DNA of 64,000 bases from positions 26,846,001 through 26,910,000 of the forward strand of contig OZ286477.1 in the NCBI GenBank assembly GCA_965644265.1, in the 5' to 3' direction. Position numbers and translations under genes: made by a program. The DNA is from Glycera tridactyla. Lineage: Eukaryota. Within the stretch, counting starts at the first letter, position 1, and the number at the start of each line of letters is the position of its first letter. The notes below the pieces were generated by a model that ran no database searches, was not told where the DNA came from, and worked only from the letters and a program-made list of their open reading frames with translations. Below, in pieces: positions 39,376-52,105 of the stretch.

Positions 39376-41676
39376 TGTGAGTTGCTGTTTGAACGTGCAG
39401 TACCTTCGAAAAACCTATCAGATTACTTTTTATCAATGGCATCGGGGAATGCGTCCGGCTTCCGGGAAAGCAACAAGTGTTTCTTTTCGAGAGGCGAGTG
39501 GAAAAAGAGGAATGAAGGGGGACTAATGATAAGATAGCAGTCAGAGTGCCTCAAGAAGTATATGAAGTGCCTGGATTCGCCTGACCTCAGCTGCCCCGAG
39601 AGATGCGCCAACCCGACCTCGGAGTGTCAACACACCGATTATGGATCTGATTTCAGACACAAGATGAAACCTATCCCCTGTTGGGTTCCCACTATAAACT
39701 AGGGTCATCCTGACCTATCATTTTTCTGACATCTGTTTGCCTGCGCCCACCCAGTCCTCTGCTAATTTGTCAACCCCGGGTTGATTACAACAGGAACCGA
39801 TTGTCATTCTCTGTTACGCTATTGATGTACTTCTCTGGCCTACGAGCTCTCTTCTTGCTATTTGAAGGCGATTTGTTAAGATCTGTGTCGGGCGAAAGGT
39901 CGGCAAAGGCCGGTCTTTTGAAAGGAAAGAGACATAAGTAATAAGGCCTAATGATGATTTCCCGTCCGCTCTGCTTCTAGCGCTCACCTAATGAGACATC
40001 AACGGTCTCGGTCATATCAGCTGAACGCTAAAGTATTTTCTTTCCGCCACAAGCTTTTCCATGAAAGCCAAAGTGTGGAGCTGGCAGTGTTGTGTAGGTT
40101 GATAGACCTCCTTCGTGAATTGGTATGGCACTTCTTTGTTTTGTTTCGACAAAATATGAAAAATTCCAGGTGTCATAATTGTCCATTCGTATTCACACAA
40201 AGACATCCTGAACGAGAAATTGTTTGAATATTCATTTTGTTATGGCTTAACGCCTTATTTCAAGTGAAAGTATTATGTATGTCCTGCCCATTGATGTGTC
40301 CTCTGCATGCATCTCTATCACAAGCCATGAACACAAGCCTGAAAGGTCCTCAAGTGGAAGTACAATAGTTGTAGGTTCAGCCATACCTCTATATACCTCA
40401 CATATATCTGAACACAGCAACATTATACCTTATTTTAAGCTCCTTACTAAAAGCGCATTTCTACGTAGCCGGTCTATGTAGAAACTACTATGCTATCTTT
40501 GAATCCAACCACTCATACTGCCTCGCGAATTGAGCATGGTGGAGTTAGATTTTGGAGTTCGCAATAAGCTCTTATCTCGAATACACCTTTATGACGCAAG
40601 TTCGGCAATGTTTCCGTATTCGTGGATTTTGTCACTAACGTCCGAAAAACAGCTAACCCCAGCCTGACCAAATCTCTCATATGAACTGCTTTCAAATTAT
40701 CATAAATGCCACCATCTAGTTTGAATTACTTTGCCGGAGTTTTCCTTGGTGTTCAATGGAATATCTACGAATCAACGTCGACGGTATGATATATACACTT
40801 CAGATTCTCTCAAATGCCACCGAACTGATATGTTGTGATTTAATTTGGGTTATTTCAATCGAAATGGTGCCAATGTCAAATGACCGAAGGGGTCATGAAC
40901 AAGAAACCGATAGAATCAAACTGGGAGAGATAGATCAAAAGTACATTTTATAACTGCGAATTCCTACACCTATCAAACTCTCACAAGCGAGGTTTCTATA
41001 AATTTAGACATTGGCCCTTTAGTGATTATCTTCCCTGTTCAAAAACAGGAACAACTGGGCAGCATTTTTACCCACTAGGCATCACACAGAAGTATCCATC
41101 AATGAGGGTGTGGTTTGGGATGAAATGATACCCTTCTATTTGAATGTGAATGACAGTAATGCTTCGCGTGTGGCCAATCTTCTTTGGGGACCCTCATATA
41201 AAACCACAATGACCTACATGTGCATTGGGACGTAACCAACGGACCGGAACGTCGGTCATAAAGAATGCACAAAAGGTCAGATGAGGAGGTCACGTCCTTT
41301 TGATTGGTTGAGCAGTTCGGATGGGCGTGCGGAGAAACACACATTGTCGGAAATAGTCAAAATGGCTGTCAAGACATCACAGGTGACTTGTGGATTTTTC
41401 GGAGTGTTTCATTCAGATAAATGATTACATTGTGCGAAGAGAATATAGTAAACGGTTAGGGGTGACATAGATATCTCTGATTCATGACCCTTTTCTCACT
41501 ACCTTTAGGCAACAAAGGTGTCGCTTCTTGACCCTTTTTGAGCCAGAACTGTCGCATTGAACAAGTGAAATACAGTGAACGGGGATGGATGCCAGATATA
41601 TCTTTTCACGCATAACGAAAGACAGCAATCTGACTGTGAGTCACTCTGATATGTGAATATAAAGCAATAACCCATT

Positions 41677-41679
<3 letters not shown>

Positions 41680-41743
<64 letters not shown>
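41680..41743. repeat. (TA)n dinucleotide repeat, ~31 units
   Basis: Direct observation. Confidence 0.95.
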
Positions 41744-41747
<4 letters not shown>

Positions 41748-44700
41748 ACTATCATTGATAACTGAACCATATCTAGTGCAAGATAAATGGCCTTAGGTTG
41801 GATTGTACTTTGATTTAGGCCAGTCACTATGGTCTAAAACTTTGCTGTGCCTACAATCAGATATGAGAAGGATATGTTCTTTTCCATCCATCTTACCGAG
41901 ATGTGATCTCTAGGGATGTGTGTCCTCCGTGACTCTTCGTGTGATGTTTTCACCAGTTCTTCGTCAGTGAAGAATGAGATGATAAATTCCTGTTGGTTGA
42001 TAGAAACAACAGAAGGATCTGCTATCACGGCTATACATAAAAACAGCTAAATGTGACTCGGTTGTGGCAGGAAAAATGAACGAAAGGAATCTGTGTTGTT
42101 GGTAGACAAAAGAGAAAAATTTCGGAAGATGGACAACCGTGATTCTATAAAATTAAAATAGAAGAATGTATTCCAATGTTGTTTTGGTTCGAAAGACAAA
42201 GAAGCGAAAGACCAATCTTTGTTGGATGGAAAGATCAGTCATCCTGTTTATTTTTCACCTACTGCGAGTAAGACTCTCACCATATTGCCTGAGATTTGTT
42301 TCAAATACCATTTCTATTCTCCAGAGAGTTTTGACCATTTTTCAGTGGTTAGTCTGTCTGCAGCGTTCCAGTGCTGGTAACTTGTGTTTAGGATTTTGTC
42401 CCAGAAATGATGATCAGATCCCCGAAACCATGATCTTGGCATCTCTGTCATGCCTCAAGTGGCATGAAATCATTCTGAGAAAATGTATCACAGAGACAAA
42501 ACCATGGCAGTACAAATGCCAATTTCCCATAGTAATGAGCCATTTGCAATAGGGGAATGAAATGCCAAGACATTTGCTCGAAAATTGTGATCATTAGTGA
42601 CGTTTACTCGAAAACCATGTAAGTTCGCATCCCTGCAGCAGTGAATGGGGAGCATGTGGAATTTTACATAGAATAAAATGCAAAGATATTGGCTCAAGAT
42701 AGTAATCATCACTCGAAAATCCTGCTGTTGATATGTGTGCAGCAGTGGATGAAGAGACAAAACATGTGTCGTTCGATTGGAATGCTAAACAAAAATATTG
42801 GCTCAGAACTAGTAATAATTACTCGAAAATTGTATTGGTTGGCATTTCTGCAGCAGTGGCTGTGGATACAAAGCATGTTGAGTTCACAGGTGTAGATTAA
42901 AAATGGTGACCGGAAGCAGTAGAAGGCTATGTCGCCGGTTCATCCTCTCTCTCTCTCTCTGCCTCTCTCTGAGTGTATTGATTGAGTATGGCCGACAGCA
43001 TACATGTCTGCTTGCCAACTCAGCACCACATGGCTTATGCCACTGAACTGCCCTCTGCTCACTCTTCACACAGTGCTACTGGCATTAACAGGGAGCTGTT
43101 GTTGAGGTTTAGCCACTAAGAGCCGAGTCCTTGGGGAATGCTCGGAGAAAGAGCGAATAAACGTTCGTACCTGAAGTATAGATGGTAGCATCCATGCCTG
43201 AAGGTCCCAACGTTGCTTGTGTTGTTGCTATTGCTAATGCTATTGATGCTGCTGCTGCTAAAGCCCCATGCCCTCCCCCTTTCCTTCTCTCCCTACCTCT
43301 AATCCTCCCTATTGTGCTCCACTTCCCCATCACCTTCCGTCTTCGATTAGGTGAGAATGGAAAAAATATACTGCAAAGGGAATTCAATATTTCTTTGCGA
43401 AAATGTTCTACATTTGACAAAGTTTGCACCAAATTGTCCTCAGTACTATGGTAGGTCCAAGTATTTCGAGAGATTTTAAGTACAGTTTAGCGATTTTCAG
43501 TTTATCCATATCATTTTATGTGATACCGGTCAATGAACCAAGAATCGATCAATATTTCATTTTGAAGGATATAACCTCTGCTCAAAATATAAATCGAGAT
43601 TTATTATGTTTTAGACTATGCACCAACCCGTGTAGTCACTCTAGTCGACAGATATAAGACACACACTCAAGATCCGTGCACAATGGACGATATTTCGCAT
43701 TGAACCTAATAAGAACATCTCATGTAAAGAACTCATATTTCCTGAACGTAATAAGAAGAAAGGGAGCCCGTCTTAGATTAGGTTGACAAATGGAGAACGA
43801 ACCGAATCGCGAGCCAATTTTGCACAGCAACAGGTGGTTTTGAGTTGTTTTGCAGGCAGCCAAGAGAGTAAATCATGTATTCCACAGAAACAGCAAAGTT
43901 GTGACCTTTATCTCTGTTTCCGCTCGCAGCTGCAATAACGAGCCAAGTGTCATGAGAAAATATGATCAAGATTTTATTCCGCTAGAATAAGTTCTGCACT
44001 TTACAAATCCCAGTCTGGCACTCTGCTTCGCTGACTGTGCATATCACATCTTGTTCGAAATTTCACCAAGTTCACATATATTTTATCTTATAGCCTTCAT
44101 TGTCTTTCTCTCTACCGCGTCTACAACTTCAATGTATGCGTATAGATATCCCTTATCAAGGGTAAAACGCTCAAACCCATAACCTGTGGCAAAATCACGT
44201 CCATCTTTGAGGACGCCATAAATTAACTTCTTAAAACAGAGATTCGTCCACCAAATGACTATCGAAATTCGCATGCATTGCTAGGATTCTATTTTTGATG
44301 GAATCGAATGATTTATACAATGAGGGACGTTCAATATCCTTCCCAAATATGTTGAACTGATAATACGAAAAATGAGGCATGAATACGAGGGCAATCCGTA
44401 ACTCTACACAAGAGATGGCAGTGATTCTTTCAGATGGTCTTTGGTATCCTAGTTGGCATGCACTGGCTACTACTACCATGCTACTACCGAGTGAAACAAG
44501 CACTGTTGTTAGCGTACTTCAATTATATAATAGTTTGATTCTTTCTCTATTGTTGCAATGCTTTAAGAAAAGACAAGAATGGAAATTGAGACCTGCTAGA
44601 GAGATGGGATTTTTAAAGCTTTTGGGTTTGAATTTGTTCTGGGATGTGAAGAGTTGAGGACAGAGACAAAGTAGCCGCAGTGTGGAACAAATCCTCAGCA

Positions 44701-47700
44701 CAATGGGCCTTGTTGTGCGGCAACGAGTATATAACTCAACAAGCCCATTGCTGCAGACTAACCCTCTTCCCTCTTACATATTAGGACCGAACATTACTGA
44801 GCCGCAAATGGAGTTGGCCAGTCCACTAATGCCCTATACCTGCTACTGTCATCTAATGCCCCCTCTGGAAAATACCCCCTCCTCTGTTCGCTCACTGCAC
44901 TCCCCCTATCACCCACAGAGAGCAAACTTTTGATGGTGATATTTTACCAATAGATTCTCTTATTTGCAAATGGAGGCTTTCAATGGTTCAGTGCTGTCAG
45001 GTCACCAAGTCATGGCAGGTTTATACGATTATCCTTGGAATCATTTGACATCATAATAAACAGGCTTCTTATATTTGATTGAATTTGGTGTTGATTCACA
45101 CGAGATGTGGGTGAGTATTCGTTTCGGGGGAGATGAGTATGGAATCGTAGCAAGTTTGTGGCGTTATGGGTATGCTGAGATTCTCGTCGTAACGAGGAAA
45201 GTTTGCTCTTCTTGGAGTTGTTCGTCGAGGGGAGCGTTAATGTTCCTGAGAACGGCACATCTTGTCTCTGTGAGAAGCAAACAGGCAGTGCGCGGTAACA
45301 TTAAGGAAATTCATTAAGAGGACAGTTTTAGGAGCGGGGCTGCCATTTCATACATCAGCGTGCGGTTTCCGTCGACTCGTTTGTCTTGTCCGAGTAGGAC
45401 GACGCGCGCTGGCCATCCCCGCACTGCCTTGCAATATTAATATCTTCTAGGTCAGCTTCAAGTCAGTGAAAGCATTTGCTGCGTCTTTTTGACAAATTCC
45501 AACCAAGATATATGGCGCTTGGTCGCAAGACAAGATATAGCTTCTGGTCACCTGCGCGTGGGCCCATTGCTTTCGATCACGGCGGTGTCGTGGTACCTGT
45601 CAACAGCGGACATGATGGCGTTCGCGAAACTTCATCACATTCTAACGGGCATCAGAATGCATTGGGTGTTGTTTCGAGATCATTGCAAGGCAATATCCAG
45701 TCCCACCTTACTTTCTACAGTGCACACCATCAAATCTGGCCAACATTTCAAATTGTTGTCAGTCAGCCTCTTCAACAGGTGAAAATGACGGTGCACCTTT
45801 CCTTCCCGTAATTCTCACCGGCGTGTCTTTTCATTTCTGATTTTTTTTCACAGACAGTTTTTGAGAAAGTAATTTCGATGGGGCGATTGATGAGCTTTGT
45901 CACTGATCGTATAAAATATGTTTTGGATCAAAAACCTTGAAAAATATCAAGACTGACTACATTGGACAGAGTTTGCCAAATAGTAGTCAGTTCGAATCAA
46001 AGAATCAATAAAGTCACTAATATCATCAGCAAGTGATATTCATGAACATCGGGTGGATTTAATTTCGCTGTGCATTTCAGGAACTGGTTCAATGACCGAA
46101 ACAAAAAAATCAATAGCCAACATAGAAAAGACATCAAACAAATAGTGTTCGACACACTGGAATATAAGATGTTACTCGATTTTGAGACAGGTTTTCTCAT
46201 ATTTGGGATATCGCATAGCCATGGAATGTGAGCAGGGATTCACTGATTCAGTGACCAAAAAAAGTATGTTTTCCACTTGCTCTTCATTCCAAACAAATAC
46301 CTCACAATGAAGGACATTGTCTTGAGTCGAAGTCAAAAAGTGACAGGAACCGTGTCGGAAGTCAGCCATCAGCAACTCATACTCTGCTTTGTTGATACAA
46401 TTCTACATCTCAGTTGTGTCTGACTGTCATTCAAAAATAATTCGCCTCCTCATAGCCAGGTTTTTAGGAAGCCATTCAGTCAGATAATCCGTCCGTCCAT
46501 CCCTTCATCTGCCTGTTCACCATCTTCTGTCTGTTACGATTTCTTCAGTCAGTGTGTCTGTCCAACCGCGCTGCTAACTTTGGATAAACTTTGCATAAAC
46601 GATTTCTGTATATTTTTCCCGAAGAACTCTGACCTTGTCGATTTTTGTAGCTCAGTTGATCTAGCAGCTAGGAACCGGCTTTGTTTCCCTGCTTGCATAT
46701 ATCATAGTGATCAATGGGGTCTTTGACAAAAATGTGATTACTGTCTGATATGTGATTTATGCCACAGATGTATGTGTGTGAGGCCCCACACACTCCCAAT
46801 GACCTCCATTCTCTGCCCATGACGAATCAAACCCTATATCGATGTAAGTGAATGAGCATTAATAGAATGTTATGCATCTGTGCCGAANNNNNNNNNNNNN
46901 NNNNNNNNNNNNNNNNNNNNNNNNNNNNNNNNNNNNNNNNNNNNNNNNNNNNNNNNNNNNNNNNNNNNNNNNNNNNNNNNNNNNNNNNNNNNNNNNNNNN
47001 NNNNNNNNNNNNNNNNNNNNNNNNNNNNNNNNNNNNNNNNNNNNNNNNNNNNNNNNNNNNNNNNNNNNNNNNNNNNNNNNNNNNNNNNNNNNNNNNNNNN
47101 NNNNNNNNNNNNNNNNNCCCTGGTTTCGATACTCGTGTTGAGGAGCCAGAATGATTTGCGTAGGTCAACATATACTTGGTATTTCGAAAAACAATGAGAG
47201 ACAGAAATACATTTTTCATCTTGATCTTTGTTTGTTCATCTATTTCACGTATTTTAAGGCTATATGGATCACCATTATCACTATTCTTACTATTGTATAG
47301 AATAATTGAAATTTCTTCCATTTTCGAGTCATCAATGTATATGTTCTGTGTAAGCTCTGCAATTTTTTCCTAGGTGCAGAAATCTATGCTATACCCTCAC
47401 CTAATTTTTTATGACAACTACCAGTGTACTTGCAGTAAGGTTGTGGTTTGAATCAGAATTCTTTCCAAGGCCTAATTAACTTTGTTCGAGATCGAAATAA
47501 GTATATTTGAATCAATATTACAGAGATGCCAACCACTACAATTTTTGAGGTAGCATGTTTCCATGGTTGACACCACTCCACAAAATCGGAATTTCTTATT
47601 TATTTCATCGGAAATACTGGCACTGGTATTCTTTGAAATTGCTACTGTTCTTGTCCTTCGGATGTTGGCATTCACGATATGATATGGACTATATCTCATA

Positions 47701-48097
47701 TAAAATATATATGATATAGACTATACATTATGGAGCACCTCTTTCGTGTACAATGAATGGACGTGTACAATAGTGTGGAGAAAGGTTCATCGAGGGCGCT
47801 GTATTGGACTGAATGCCAACAAAACATGGTCGAAACACTGTCCCACACATAGTTTGATAATAACAATATCAACTCTTTCCTATGCCTCGCTCAGACTTGG
47901 ATACGGATTGTATGATGTCAGATTCTGTAGTGTATTCTTTCACACGAAGAAAAGGCCTTCGTTTGGCCGTCTCTATCCCTCTTTTCAGCCAGCTAATGTG
48001 GACATTTTGATCATGGTTTTCATCAAAATGAAAGCCTAATACATTTAGGATCAGCTGGGCTGATGAGTCATTTTACGTGAGAGATCCGTTATTGAGA

Positions 48098-48279
48098 CAG
48101 TGGTGCCAATTTTCCGAAAATTTGCGGAAATCCGAAAATCGGGTAAGAATTTTTTTTTTCGAAATGGCTAGAATCTGGTTGGGAGTTCCAGAACAGATAC
48201 TTTTGATGATATGATGGGGTAGTTTCAGAAAATGTTCCTATATTTCCGAAAATTCAGCCAAATCTCATTGGCATCGCTG
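48098..48279. mobile_element. 182-bp MITE (non-autonomous DNA transposon)
   Basis: Termini CAGTGGTGCCAAT and ATTGGCATCGCTG (11/13 inverted match), ttgaga on both flanks, internal ttccgaaaat repeats, decayed relatives elsewhere. Confidence 0.65.
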
Positions 48280-49380
48280 TTGAGAAAATCCTGCATTTCA
48301 GGTATGAAGTTACGTCGCCAAATACATAACACAGGGGTGAAAACCATTGTGGATTTTCATTAAACACTATCCATTTTGTGTGAGAATTTAGGCGTTTCAC
48401 GCATATCATTACTATTGGCTGCCAGAAATGTCAGAGATTTCTATCTATACCTGGCAAAGACGGCAGCCATCAAGCATCAATATTTCGCCAGATCGAACGT
48501 TTACATCTCTGATACCAGATAAATAGTTTTCTATGTGAAAACTAACAAGCCATATGAATGGACAGGCAGATATTGCTGAAAAGCGGAATTCAAAATTTCA
48601 ATTATCCTGATCAATATTGGCAATAGCAAATTATTTCTTTAATATCTTATTCCCTCTGACACATACTTGGTGCTGGATTTACCCTGAAATTCAATTGTTG
48701 CTTCGCAAAATGTGTCCACTCAAATATTGTCAATGTTGAAAACTAAGAACTTGTCCAATATGGCTGAATGTGGAGGATCAGAAAGTTTGAAAAGGATATT
48801 GCATTATCTCTGGACATTTCAGACCTTCAGAATGTCTGCGGGCCCGAGGCCTTGGCCCAAATATCTGTCTTTTCGGCCCGTCGATATCATCTGTCACGGA
48901 TCCACTGCCCCACGCTTTTTTGTCCCTATAAACCATTGATGAACAGGAGTTGGTCCAAGGTTTCTGGTTTCTGTGCCATATTGGCCCACTAACCCATCAG
49001 AAAATCCGAAGCTCTGGAGGTTGGATATATATTATATGTTAGTATTGTTTACAGCTAACAATGGTCATGGTGCTACAATATCTACGATCTCGCAAATATA
49101 GGCCTATTTGATTGTATCAAATGCTCAGCAAAATGTCGAGGGAACATCTGAGTGAAGTTATCACTTTTATCATCCAAGCCTGGTGCGATATGTGACCCAC
49201 AATTATTTCCAATTCTAGATCCGAGGGACCGGATGCCCCGCATTAGGCATGGCCCATTAAGAATTATTGGAACCAGGCATGCCCACCGCTTAACCCGCTA
49301 CTGAATGCTACTGAAATTAACTGTCACAATCCAGTTTCCTCATTGAGATGTATCACGACGTCTTTCATTTATTTTCACAG

Positions 49381-49417
49381 AACCGATCTGCGTCAAGAAC
49401 TGCGGAAATGGGAGTAG
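49381..49417 (+). CDS. Candidate microexon of 33 or 37 nt, frame uncertain
   Basis: Acceptor tctttcatttattttcacAG, overlapping donors GA|GTAGGT and AG|GTGAGT. Confidence 0.35.
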
Positions 49418-50438
49418 GTGAGTCATTTCCGATTTCTGCTAATCTCGAGAAATGTTCGACCCTCACTACACCAACAAAAACCGTTTTCGCGGGAATATAT
49501 CGGCGCGTATATTGCTAGAATCAGACGGAACTTAACACCGTAATTTTCGTGTTTTCACTCAAAGAACTGTCTTTATAGGCAAATCATAGAATTATCTCTC
49601 TCTCTATGAATAATGAGGCTGCATGTATGTTGTCTTATGGTGTCAATCTCTCGATATTTCACGAATTTCATAAGAGGATATTAAAGAGGAATTAAAAAGA
49701 AACTTGAACTTTGCTGAAGCTTATAAATCAGATATTTTGTGGCCATATGCTGATATATGACATATGTAGCTGCCCGACCGTGATTCTGAAAGGTTCGCTA
49801 CAATTCATTGTCGCCAATAGTGTCAATCCAATTCNNNNNNNNNNNNNNNNNNNNNNNNNNNNNNNNNNNNNNNNNNNNNNNNNNNNNNNNNNNNNNNNNN
49901 NNNNNNNNNNNNNNNNNNNNNNNNNNNNNNNNNNNNNNNNNNNNNNNNNNNNNNNNNNNNNNNNNTCTGTATATATGTTTGTCTGCCTATCAATATTGAT
50001 ATATATATATATATATATATTTATTCATCTCTATTCCTGTCTTCCTCCCTGTATCTCTGTGTATTTCCCACCCTCTGTCTCTCCATGGCATTTGCCTATC
50101 ATTTCCAAGATGATCTCTCGAATGTTTAAGTAGGACTGGTTCAGAAAGATAAAAGATGTAGACAGCAGGTTGGAATTTCAAAAAAACAGACAGACAGTCA
50201 GGTGGTCAAACGTACATGCGGACGGGGACATTGCTTTCTCTGAAATTTTCCCATCCGATAGGGCGTCCGTCGGTTCCTTTTTTGTCGGTTTCTTTTTTGT
50301 TATCATAATTAGGGTAACATTGGTCTATCGGTAATACTGGAAGGTCAATCATAGGGTTATCTTTACCTATTGTTCTTCCAAATGCTTTATTGTCCATCAT
50401 GGAGTAAGGATTCCGTGATCTGTGCTGATATTCCTTAC

Positions 50439-50680
50439 CTCAATGATAATGGATGGTCTATACAACGGTCATAAGCCTATCCACTGGCGAAAATAGTCCG
50501 ATTTATAGAGTGCCATGTGATATACCCAAAGAACTCCGATCTATTGGTGGAACTTGAAAGGTTTCCAGTTTGGTGCGTATGATAAATCCATGGGACACGC
50601 CAAATTTTCACATATTTCGTTCGTTTTTGTGCCGGTTCACCCCGTGACATCCTGACGGCGGCCATCTTGTTTACGTGCCA
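50439..50680 (-). promoter_or_regulatory. Candidate minus-strand first exon or promoter
   Basis: aacaAGATGGCCGCC (YY1-type, ATG at 50665, MAAVRMSRGEPAQKRTK...), strong donor GAG|GTAAGG next to 50439. Confidence 0.3.
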
Positions 50681-51924
50681 ATTGTTGACAAAGGCCATAA
50701 CAAACTCGGACCAACCTTCTCAAGATCAAAAGAGCACGCTCCTTTCTGTTTTCTCAGCTGTTTTAGAGAGTACAAACTTCAATCCGATATGTCTGATGCC
50801 TTGTTTTGTCGTCAGTGGGATCCTCCAGATACCAGAGGCTGGAGTAGCATATGATTCCACTTCGGTCTGGCGAAGGAAGGGCTATAATTCTTCTCCGTCG
50901 AATTCTCTTCCAGTGACACGCTTGACACAGTTGTCGATAGTCGGATTTTCAGGGTCTGTTTGAATCGCTTGTGCTGTACATACATCCTAGGTTGGACTCA
51001 AACATATGAATGGGTCATCATTTGCAGCTATGCTGACTTTCTGAAGTTAAATATAGTCATGAAGGGACTGAATAGGTGTCAACGATGATATGTATTCATA
51101 TCATATACTCACTTGTGTCCATTTGCAAGAAGACAGGGGGCTATTGAAGATAGAAAAGATACTAGTACTTGTCGAAGATATAGATGAAAATATTCCAGTG
51201 CGAAGCTAACTCCAGGATATATCATATCAAGGTTTTTTTTCGAAAATATGCCGAATGAATACATTGAATTGAATCTCCTGTACGCTATATGTTGCTTAGA
51301 ATTACCAGATACTTCTGCCGATGACTGAGTAGAATGCCCCGGTGAAATCATGACATCCCAAAATGAGAGAGTTTTCGAGGCTTTGTAGTCCTCAACAGAA
51401 ATGTTGTATGAAATCAGAAATCTACAGTGAATCAAAGCATTGAATTCGAATGCACCCAATACATGTGACACCGACGCATATGAGCCAAACATTGCGATTT
51501 TGAAGTAGTAACTATTGTTTTCTGGTCAAAATTCATGCAATTTGCAAGTGAGGCCTCTTCACAAATGTATCTTTTTTTGGCTCCATAAGAAGTACTGATG
51601 ATGCTACCCATTGTAACTGACACCATCATTTTTTTTTCTCCATCAGAGACTGACAACTTTGCATCTGTGGGGATTTGCATCGGGTTTTTTCTTCAATCAA
51701 CTTTCTTCTTTAATCTGGTAGTATATGCGTTATCATACTGCGTGAACGAATTGCGATTGGATGCGGTGACAGAGGATAGAGAGTGCCAGCGGATTTAGAA
51801 CTTTTATATGAGGACCGAAACATTACTTGTTCTCCAATATCAAAGAGCTTAATGACTCCGGCGGCCAGCGTCACTAGATAGGTTCATCTCACAAGAAAAC
51901 TCTTTTCTACCTGGAACGTCCAAG

Positions 51925-52105
51925 GAGACTGACGTCATTCCCAGTGGACAGCCTGCAGGTAATTCCACTATATTCCTCATTTTGTTAATTTTCGAATATT
52001 GTTCACAATATAACCGGACTTATTACGACGTGATGCGTCCGCGGGAAAGTCAGTGTCGCAATGGCGGAGACAGTCATTGTAGTCCGCAATCCAGAATCAG
52101 AGTGA
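51925..52105 (+). promoter_or_regulatory. CpG-rich promoter-like segment with CRE, E2F-like site and ATGGCGG start
   Basis: TGACGTCA near 51930, CGCGGGAAA near 52040, caATGGCGG near 52061 (MAETVIVVRNPES). Confidence 0.35.

Noticed and set aside
39050-39537. PTYL/PACL-repeat ORFs up to 158 aa
   Set aside because: Translations of an (ACCT/GCCT)n repeat
41080-41424. 114-codon frame with one TAA (and single-TAG frames at 19344-19838 and 23128-23383), suggesting stop-codon reassignment
   Set aside because: Roughly 1 codon in 15 is a stop at this composition, so many such frames are expected in six frames of 64 kb; other tracts are broken by TGA, TAA and TAG alike
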